Of a stretch of DNA of 64,000 nucleotides, positions 1-10,597 are shown piece by piece. The stretch comes from the human T2T-CHM13v2.0 reference genome, Homo sapiens. Position 1 is the stretch's first letter; the number at the start of each line of letters is the position of its first letter. The position numbers and the translations under genes are program-made. A model generated the notes under the pieces. It did not search any database. It was not told where the DNA came from and saw only the letters and a program-made list of their open reading frames with translations. The stretch is from the NCBI RefSeq assembly GCF_009914755.1, contig NC_060925.1; one strand, written 5' to 3'.

Positions 1-1134
1 TGAGATCGTTGTAAAAAATACAGTACCCATTTCTGGCATTTTTTCCAAATGACCTTAAATATGTACTTACAAATATTTTAGTTTTTGTGTTTAAACATCT
101 ACTCTTATCTAAATGCTCATTCACATGCTCACACAATTCTGTTAATCTTTGAATACATAGAGCATTCTTCTGTTTCAAATAGAACTCAAGGTTCTCTTAA
201 TCATAAAGCAGTAATTTCACTAGAAATCTAGCCATTTGGGAGAAATATTTAACTATCTGTTTTGATTTTTAAAGATGACATTATGACCAATGACTTAACA
301 GTATAGCATGGGTGAGGAAATACTAATTGCTTTTTTTTCTTTCAAATTTTTTTCTCCTGTATTGTGCCAAATATATATCATGATAAGTTTGTTTTTCTGT
401 AAAATTTTATCTTTCATAATAAGCAGTTGACAGTATTATTGCATCATCCTCTCTTACCCTCCACACAAAATTGAATATTTTTTTATTGGATACACACACA
501 TCTGCAACTAGAGACATTTCAATCAATCAAATTAAAATCGACTTCTTCTTAGACAAAACGTTATTGTAATATTTTCCAAAATCACGTTCTCCACAACAAA
601 TTTAATTTGTCCAACCACCCTTATTTTTCTTCAGGGTATCTATAATGTTTCCCCAAATGTGCTACTGATTAGTTTTTTCTTTTCTTTATTTCTAGAGCAT
701 GGAAATGTGTCTCTTTTCAAGAAGGTATTTACATTTTCAATAATCAGTTAATTTTTTAACACTTTCTTTCCTCTTGGGTATTATTTTACTCACTACTTTT
801 TAAATCACCAATGTGCCCTTCTGTATAGAATTAGATGCCTTACACTTTCGTTTCCTTGAGTATTACATTTTTTTAAGAAAATTAAATGATAAACATAAGC
901 CAAAGTCCTATTGCACACTAGTACAAGAGAAGAACCTTCTGAATAAGCTAGTTCAAAAAACCCAATATTCTGAGGTCATTATATGGACAGAGAAAGTATT
1001 TAAATATCTTTATTACATTAGCTATAAGACAAAATATATATGGTTAAAGATCATAAGATTCCTGACAGCTTGGTGGCATATAACTAGGTTTCTTAGAAAA
1101 CAAGAAAATTTGCTTAAAAATTTTAGTAGGAATC

Positions 1135-4100
1135 GGCAATCCAGGCCCCAGTTGTGCCCAAATCTCACTTGCTGGTAAGGGACTGAGATGACTAGGGCAC
1201 TCGTAACACAACTTCAGAAGGATGGTACTGAGGGGAAGACATAGAACCTGGGCTGAAGGAGGAGGAAGCTGGGAACCCTTCATGGGGCTGCCTGGCACCA
1301 GAACTCATTCCTTACTCCTGACTACGGGGGAATAGGTGAGTTGAACTGGCAAGAGCAACCTGCTCTCATCATGGGCTTCTAGAATCGCAGAAGGAGGAAA
1401 CCCCTTGACCACCACAGACACTGAAGTTGACAGGGAGAGCTGCTTAAAGTGGTATGGGCAGTACACTAGCTGATGATGAGCCTACATGATTTGGTGAGAG
1501 AGCTTCTATAGTGGAGCATGGGCAGGGATACTCATACCCCTGGGCTCAATTTGCTCCTGAAGGATATTTTAGCCCTAGGGGAACTGGTGGACCTGAACTC
1601 TGCAAAGTGGTCTTGCCCATCAGACTGGCTGGTCTGACCTGAGAACCCCGTGGGCTGCTGATGTCTCCTGGCCCCACCTACTTGCAGGACAGCCTTGGTT
1701 ACCCTGGGGGCCTGCATCATAGCTACTGCTCTGGAGGACCATGCCTGACCAGCAGAGAGCTCCAGCGGGGTTGCTCCGACCATCCACTAGACCACTGGCT
1801 CCTTGATAACACTGCAGCTTCCTCCAGTCCCACAGCCACCCCCAACATCACTTTTCCAGTACATGTGTGTATGGCAGGTTTTGCCTTTCTTGCCCCATCA
1901 GTGCACATGTGTGCTAGCAACCTGCCCTGCCACTGCTGTGGTGGGAATGCACTCCGCTCCTCTTCCCGCTGCCAGACCACCATTGCAATCAAAGTCTTGA
2001 CAGATACAGAGCCAGCAAGCCCCACTTCTGCCAGCACCCAGTCTTTGTGCCAAAAATACAGGGAATGAAACTAGGCATAGAGAACAGCGGACCCTTCCTC
2101 ATCATGACCCACCTAGCCTGCCTATGGCACACTGAGAGTGTACAGAGTCTTGAACCCATCAGCACCCCACCTCTGTCCTAATATCACCATCACTAGTGCA
2201 ACCATGCAGGCCCTCTTCTCCTTATCCCCCAACCTGTGCTACCTCCACCACTGTGGTGAAAACCAGCACAGAGGCAGGCATGCTGACACCTACTAGCACC
2301 CTGCTGCAGCCAACATGTACACCCTATTGTGTTGCCACTGCCACTGCCACTGCATCAGGCATGTGCAAAAGAGGGTGGATCCTCCTGCCATCGCACTATG
2401 AAATGCATTACTCTGATGGGCTGACAGCAACCTTCAGAGTGTAGTTACTACTGGTCCCAAAACTCCTCTGCACCCAAGTGCCTTGGATTTTTAACTTAGA
2501 GGAGTCAGAGGAAAAAGTCGTGGCCTGATACAAGTTTCTCAGAGTTAGAGAATGGAGTCCAGGAGTTGGGGGCTGAGCATTGGCCCCGTAAAATCTTCAA
2601 GATACAAAGCTCTTCAGGTCAACCTACCTTTTACCACAATCAAACAGTCAAGGTCATGAAATAGGATAAAATAAAAATCCAAAGGTTAGCAACTTCAAAT
2701 AATGAAGAAACATCAGCTCACCAAGATGAAAAAGAACCCACACAACAACTGACAATTCAAAAAGCCAGTGTGCCTTCTTTCCTCCAAATGCCTGTGCTAC
2801 CTCTCCAGAAATGGTTCTGAACTTGGCTGAGATGGCAGAAATGAAAGAAATATAATTCACAATATAGACAGGCTGAAGATCATTGAGATGCAGGAGTGCA
2901 TTGAAAAATAAAATGACACAGGAGCTGACAGACAAAATAGACCGTATAGAAAAGCATGTAGCCAACCTGATAGAGCTGAAAAATACATGACAATACACTA
3001 CAAGAATTTCATAATACAATCACAAGTATTAAAAGCAGAACAGAGCAACCAGAGGAAAGAATTTCGAAGCTTGAAGACTGGCTTTCTCAAATAAGACAGA
3101 TGAGAATGGAGAAAAAAGAATAAAAAGGAACAAACAAAACCTCCAAGAAATATGTGATTATGTAAAGAGACCAAATTTATGGCCCTCTGGTGTCCCTGAA
3201 AGAGATTGGGAGAGTTTTAGCAACTTGGAGAACATATTTCAGGATATTATCCATGAGAACTCCAACCTAGCTACAGGGGCCAACATTCAAATTCAGGAAA
3301 TGCAGAGAACCCCAGTAAGATGATTCACAAGCAGATCACCCTAAGACACATAATCATCAGATTCTCCAAGGTTGAAACAAAAAAAAAAAAAAAGTTAAAG
3401 GCAGCTAGAGAGAAGGGTCAGGCCACCTTCACAGGGAAGCCCATTAGACCAATAGCAGACCTCTCAGCAGAAACCTTACAAGCCAGAAGAGATTTGGGGT
3501 CAATATTCAACATTCTAAAAGAAAACCAATTCCAACCAAGAACTCATTTCTGGCTAAACTAAGTTTCATAAGTAAAAGAGAATGCGTTCCTTTTCAGACA
3601 AGCAAATGCTAAGGGAATACAAGAGCTTCTAAAAGAAGCTCTAAGTATGAAAAGAAAAGACTGTTACCAGCCACTAAAAAAAACACTGAAATACACAGAC
3701 ACTATAAAGGAACTACACAAACAAGGCTGCATAATAACCAGCTAACATCATGATGTCAGGATCAAATCTACACATGTCAAACTAACCATGAATGTAAATA
3801 GGCTAAATGCCCCAGCTAAAAGTCACAAAGTGGCAAGATGGATACAGAAATAAGACCCATTGGTATACTGTCTTCAAGAGACCCATCAAACATGCAGTGA
3901 CAACAATAGGCTCAAAATAAAGACATGGAAAAAAATCTGTTAAGCAAATGGAAAACAGAAAAAAAAAAAGGGCTGCAATTCTAAATTTCAGATGAAATAG
4001 ACTTTAAACCAACAAAGATCAAAAAAGACAAAGAAGGGCATTACGTAATGACAAACAGTTCAATTCATTGAGAAGACTGAATTATCCAAGATATACATGC

Positions 4101-7100
4101 ACCCAACACAGTAGCACCCAAATTAATAAAGGTCTTAGAGACTTTTAAAGAGACTTACACTCTCACACAATAATAGTGAGAGATTTCAACGCCCCAGTGA
4201 CAATATGAGACAGATCATTGAGGCAGAAAAATAACAAAGATATTCAGCACCTTTACTCAGCACTGGATCAAATGGACCTAACAGACATCTATAGAACTTT
4301 CTAAACAAAAACAACAAACATTCTTCTCATCACTACGTGGCACATATTCTAAAATTGACCACATAATTAGATGCAAAACACTCTTTAGCAAATGCAAAAG
4401 AACTGAAATCTTAAGAACCACTCTCTCAAACCACAGCAGTAAAATTAGAAATTAAAACTAAATAGTTTATTCAAAATTATATAATTACATGGAAAGTAAA
4501 TAACCAGCTCCTGAATAACTTTTGGGTAAATAATAAAATGAAGGCAGAAATCAAGAAATTCTTTGAAACAAATGAGAAAAAAGATACAACATACCAGAAT
4601 CTCTGGAACACAGCTAAGGCAGTGTTAAAAGGAAAATTAATGGTACTAAATATCCACATCAAAAAGTTAGAAAGATCCCAATTTGGCAACAAGGCATCAC
4701 AACTAAAAGAACTAGGGAACCAAGAGGAAACCAATCCCAAAGCTAGCAGATGATGAGAAATAGCCAAATAAGAGCTGAACTGAAGGAGATAGAGACACAA
4801 GAAACCATTCAAAAAATTAACAATTACAGGAGCTGATTTATTTAAAAAAATAATATAATAGATAGACCTCTAGGTCTATAGAGAAAATCCATATGAACAC
4901 AATTACAAACAACCAAAAAGATATTAGCACTGAACCCAGAAACATAAAAATAAGTATCAGAAAATATTATGAACACCTCTATGCACACAAGCTAGAAAAT
5001 CTAGAAGAAATCGATAAATTCCTGGACAAATACGTCCTCCCAAGACTGAGCCAGAAAATAATTGAATCCCTGAACAGACCAATAATGAACTCTAAAATTC
5101 AATCAGTAGTAAATAGCCTACCAATCAGAAATGCTTACAACCAGATGAATTTACAGCTGAATTCTACCACATGTACAAGAAAGAGCTATTATTTTTCCTA
5201 CTGAAACTATTCCAGAAAATTGAAGAGGAGGAACTCCTTTCTATCTCATTCCATGAGCCAGCATCATTCTGAAATCAAAATCTGGCAGAGAGACACAATA
5301 AAACAACAACAAAAAACAACTTGAAGCTAATATCCTTGATGAACGTTGATGCAAAAATCCTCAACAAAATACTAGTGAACTGAATCTAACAACACATCAA
5401 ACACACTATTCATCATAATCAAGTAGGCTTTATCCCTGGGATGCCAAGTTGTTTCAACATATGCAAATGAATAAACATGATCCAACGCATAAGTAGAACT
5501 AAAAACAAAAACCACATCATCTTCTCAATAGATGCAGAAAATCCTTTCAATAAAAGTCAACACCTCTTCATATTAGAAACTCTCAATAAATTAGTTATTG
5601 AAGGAACATACCTCAAAATAGTAAGAGCTATCTATGACAAACCCACAACCAACATCATAATAAATGGGAAAAAGCTGGAAGTGTTCCCTTTGAAAACTGG
5701 CACAAAGATGCCTCTCTCCACTTCCTAGTACTGGAAGCCCTAACCAGTGCAATCAGGCAAGAGAAAGATATAAAAGGCATTCAAATAGGAAGAGAAAGCC
5801 AAACTATCACTGTTTGCAGACAACATAATCCTATATCTAGAAAACCCCATAGTCTCAGCCCAAAAACTCCTTCAACTGATAAGCAACTTTAGCAAAATCT
5901 CCAGACACAAAATTTATGTACGAAAATCACTAACATTCCTGTACAACAACAGCAGTCAAGCCAAGAGCCAAATCAGGAGCAAAATCCCATTCACAATGGC
6001 CACAATAAGAATAAAACACCTAGGAATACAGCTAACCATGGAGGTGAAAGATCTCTAAAGCGAGAACTACAAAACACCGCTCAGGGATGATACAAACAAA
6101 TGGAAAAACATTCCATGCTCCTGAATAGAAAGACATTCCATGCTCGTGAATAGAAAGATTCAATATTGTTAAAATTGCCATACTGACCAAAACAATTTAT
6201 AGATTCAATTCTATTCCTATCGAACTACAAAGGACATTTTTCACAGAACTAAAAAGGAAAAACTATTTTAAAACTCATATGACTTTTTAATGACTTTTTA
6301 ATGAAAAGTCAGGAAACAACAGGGGCTGAAGAGGATGTGGAGAAATAGGAACACTTTTACACTGTTGGTGGGACTGTAAACTAGTTCAACCATTGTGGAA
6401 GTCAGTGTGGCGATTCCTCAGGGATCTAGAACTAGAAATACCATTTGACCCAGCCATCCCATTACTGGGTATATACCCAAAGGACTATAAATCATGCTGC
6501 TATAGAGACACATGCACACGTATGTTTACTGCGGCATTATTCACAATAGCAAAGACTTGGAACCAACCCAAATGTCCAACAATGATAGACTGGATTAAGA
6601 AAATGTGGCACATATACACCATGGCATACTATGCAGCCATAAAAAATGATGAGTTCATGTCCTTTGTAGGGACATGGATGAAATTGGAAATCATCATTTT
6701 CAGTAAACTATTGCAAGAACAAAAAACCAAACACCGCATATTCTCACTCATAGGTGGGAATTGAACAATGAGAACACATGGACACAGGAAGGGGAACATC
6801 CCCCTCTGGGGACTGTTGTGGGTGGGAGGGATAGCACTGGGAGATATACCTAATGGTAAATGACGAGTTAGTGGGTGCAGCGCACCAGCATGGCACATCT
6901 ATACATATGTAACTACCTTGCACGTTGTGCACATGTACCCTAAAACTTAAAGTATAATAAAAATAAAAAATTAAAAAATTTAAAAAAAACTCATATGGAA
7001 AATAAAAGAGTCTGAATAATCAAAGCAATACTAAGAAAAAAAATGCTGAAAGCATCATGCTACCCAACTTCAAACTATACTACATGGCCAGAGTAACCAA

Positions 7101-8438
7101 AACAGCATGGTATTGGTACAAAAACAAACACATAGACCAATGTAACAGAATAGAATGGCTAGAAATAAGGCTGCACACTTATAACCATCTGATCTTTGAC
7201 AAAGCTGACAAAAGCAAACAATGGGGAAAGACTCCTTATTCAATAAATGCTGCTGGAATAACTGGCTAGCATATGCAGAAGACTGAAACTGTCCCACTTC
7301 TGTGTAACATATACAAAAATCAACTCAATATGAATTAAAGACTTTAATGTAAAACCTACAGCTTAAAAACCTGGAGGACAACCTAAGCAATACCATTCTG
7401 GATGTATGAATAGGCAAAGCTTTCATGATGAAGATGCCAAAAGCAAGTTCAACAAAAAGAAAATTGGCAAATGGGATCTGTTTAAACTAAAGAGCTTTTG
7501 CACAGCAGAAGAAACTATCAATAGTGTAAACTGACAGCACACAGAATGGGAGGAAATTTTTGCAACTGTTCATCTGACAAAGGTCTAATATCCAGAATCT
7601 ATAAGAAACTTAAACACATTTACAAGAAAAAACAAACAACCCTGTTAAAAAGTGGGCAAAGGACGTGAACAGACACTTTTAAAAAGAAGACATACATGCA
7701 GCCAACAAGCGTATGAAAAAAGTTCAATATCATTGATCATTAGAGAAATGCAAAACAAATCCACGTGAGATACCCTTTACACCAGGCAGAATAGCTATTA
7801 TTAAAAAGCCAAAAACTAACAGGTGCTGGCAAAGTTGCAAAGAAAATGGAACACTTATACACTGTTGGTGGGAGTTTAATTCAACTATTCTGAAAAACAG
7901 TGTGGCAATTCTTCAAAAACCTGAAAATACAACTACCATTTGACTCAGCAATACCATTACTGGGTATATATCCAAAGAAATAAAAATTGTGTATGTTTAT
8001 TGCAGCACTATTCACAATAGCAAATACATTGGATCAACCTAAATGCCCATCAATGGTAGACTGGATAAAGAAAATGTGGTACATATATATCATGGAATAC
8101 TATGCAGCCATAAAAAAGAATGAGATTATGTCCTTTGCAGGAATATGGATGGAACTGGGGGCCATCATTCTTAGCAAACTAACAGAGGAACAGAAAACAA
8201 GATACCACATATTCTTCTTTAAAAGTAGGAGCTAAACTGTGAGAACACATGGCCACATAGAGAGGAACAATAGACACTGCTGTCCATCAGAGTGTGGAGG
8301 GTGGGAGGAGGGAAAGGATCAGGAAAAAAATAATGGATAATAGGCTTAATATGAGGGTGACAAAAAATCTGTTCACCAAACTCCCATGACACAAATTTAC
8401 CTATATAACAAACAAGCACATGTACCCCAAACTTAAAA

Positions 8439-8470
<32 letters not shown>

Positions 8471-8471
8471 C
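1135..8471 (+). mobile_element. Near-full-length decayed LINE-1, L1PA13-L1PA15-like (long GC-richer 5'UTR ~1135-2700, ORF1 ~2700-3740, ORF2 ~3750-8235, 3'UTR, polyA)
   Basis: ORF1 remnant LRHIIIRFSKVE..LKAAREKGQ..IADLSAETLQARRD (3320-3562); ORF2 remnants [24 protein letters not shown] (4538-4753) and C-terminal MFIAALFTIA..WIKKMWYIY (7987-8235); 3'UTR aggatcaggaaaa..catgacacaaatttacctat; polyA ~8446-8470; TSD agtaggaatc at 1125-1134 and 8472-8481. Many stops and frameshifts. Confidence 0.93.
6282..6985 (+). mobile_element. Young 5'-truncated L1 (L1PA2/L1PA3-like) 3' end nested in the older L1
   Basis: Open ORF2 C-terminus 6393-6764 (..RFLRDLELEIPFDPAIPLLGIYPKDYKSCC..HRIFSLIGGN); 3'UTR gacgagttagtgggtgcagcgcaccagcatgg..acttaaagtataat (GAG, not the L1HS-Ta ACA); TSD aaaactcatatg at 6270-6281 and 6986-6997 after a tttt/aaaa endonuclease site. 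Confidence 0.93.
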
Positions 8472-9444
8472 AGTAGGAATCAATTTCTCTCCAAAACTAA
8501 GTTTTAAGTGACATTACCAAAATATGTCTATCTCAGATCAGGCTTGTGTTAATTTTTCTTTTATAATTTTATTTTATTAAAAACATCTTAAAAGCTTTCA
8601 TCTTTTCTGAAATGTTCTTTCTTAGAGGAATTTTTTTTTTTAGTAAGCACACAACTGGAACTTGTTCGTGCGCTATAACAAAAGCCTACACTACAGGCAA
8701 CAATAACCATAGACTCAGCTAATATACTATCAAGTGAAGATGTTCAAGTTTACTATTGTCTTTTCTATTCTTTCTTCCCTTAGGTTCAAATCACTTGCTT
8801 TGTCTGCTCAAAGATTCGCTGTAAGAGGCTATTACATTGGATTCTTCTACTTAACTTTTCTAATTTTTTTAATAGGCCAATTTATACAGGTGAGGGTAGT
8901 TAGTAATTGCCAGTCTCCAATCAGCAATTAGCTCCAATTAAGCCTTCCCAGCTGCTCATTCAGGCCTGTGCTGACTTCCCTTAGCCAATTTAAACAACCA
9001 AACATCGGTCACAATTTAGGCTAAAAATGTAAGAATCATTCATATCTCATCATTCTGATGTACAAACTATTTGATGACATCCAATTATCAATGCAAATTA
9101 CTTATCTTTTGAGGTCTCTAATATATCCAGCTGTAGGTACATCAGTATCCATGTGGCAAAACAAGACCATAAAATATACTGGAGGTTGGTGTTACTATCC
9201 TTCAAATAACTAATAATATTTCTAAAAATCTATCCTAAGGAGAAAAAAAATCTCAACACTTTTATACAAATGTATTAATTCCAGATTTTCTAATAATTGT
9301 GAAGCTGTAAAATAAAACACAAGTTTGAAGTGGGAGTATTTAAAAACAGTAAACATTGTCTTTTTAATACACTATAAAACTTTTGGGATAATATTTTACA
9401 AATATTTAGTAATCCTAAAATTATCCTTAAATAATAAATATTGA

Positions 9445-9710
9445 ATTAACTTTTAGGTATTTTACAGTTTTACATTTTACATTAGGCCTGTGATCCATTT
9501 TGAGTTAGTTTTTTATGAAGGGCATAAGGTCTGTGCCTAGATTCCTGTGTTTTGCAACAAATGAATCTAGGCACAGAAATGGATGGTTAGTTGTTAACAG
9601 CACCATTTGTTGAAAAGACCATCTATTTTTCATTGTATTGCCTTTATCCCTTTGTCAAAAATCAATTGACTATATTTATGTGGATCTATTTTTTGGCTGC
9701 ATGCTCTATT
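9445..9710 (-). mobile_element. Old L1 (L1MC/L1ME-like) ORF2 fragment
   Basis: tgatccattttgagttagttttt..cagcaccatttgttgaaaagac..cctttgtcaaaaatcaattgac matches antisense L1M ORF2 sequence. Confidence 0.8.
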
Positions 9711-10597
9711 ATTTAAAATATTTAATTATATGTGATAAACCTTAAAGTATTTAAATATTATAAATAAAAGTTTATTTAGAATATTCTGTCTACCTACCTA
9801 CATAGTATATAGGTATTTACTAGTTAGAGAGAGTGTAATGAAATACAGTAATATATGTGTTGTTGTTCCTGCTAGATAGCTAAATTATGGATGACTTAAA
9901 TACCCACACCATATTTCTTTTCTTTTTAAAAGTATTTACTTTTAAAATAATAATTTAAAAAGATCAAAGAATTTCAGTACTCTAGACAATGAGCTTGGAT
10001 GTACTTCGAGCTAGGAATAGACAGGGCTTGTCACATCTGGGTCTTTATTTAGACAAGCAAAATGAGATCCAAGGTCCTGCTTCTCTCACTGAAGCTATAT
10101 ATCTTTTATTTAATCTTAGTAATTATTGTATTACAATTATATAATGTGCACAAATGAAAGCAAAATTGTTTGAAAGTGTTTACATTTAAGAAAATATTTC
10201 ACTCAATCTGGTCTCCCTACCCATAATTTCCATTAGCTAATGTTAAACAAATTCCATTATATTAACTGTTTCTTCTGCTAAATACATTTATAGCTCTAAA
10301 TATTTTAACTCTACTTATATGCATTGGTTTTCTTTTTTAGTTTTAATGGGAAATGGTGTAAAATCAATAAAAATTGTAAAAGAGAAGTTTGAAAAACTCT
10401 GGGCTGTTAAAAACCCAGTTGAACCTCCTAGTCAAACTGGGACAGCCTAATTGATGACCTCTTTGTATATAAGCAATAGATAAGTCACAGTTGAAGAAAT
10501 ATTATTCATTTTTGTTATTACATGCTGATGAAATTATTCTTGATACAATACATCTCTACCAATGTGGTTAGAAATTGTGATTTCCGAAATCACGGGT

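Noticed and set aside
813-1178. 121-aa ORF in unique sequence
   Set aside because: GTG start, composition typical of AT-rich DNA, no recognisable domain, and it runs across the L1 insertion junction
1532-2444. Overlapping GC-richer ORFs suggesting a gene or promoter
   Set aside because: They lie in the L1 5'UTR, bounded by the L1 TSD; CpG-depleted
3320-8235. Active L1 or domesticated reverse transcriptase
   Set aside because: ORF1 and ORF2 are broken into short fragments by stops, frameshifts and a nested insertion
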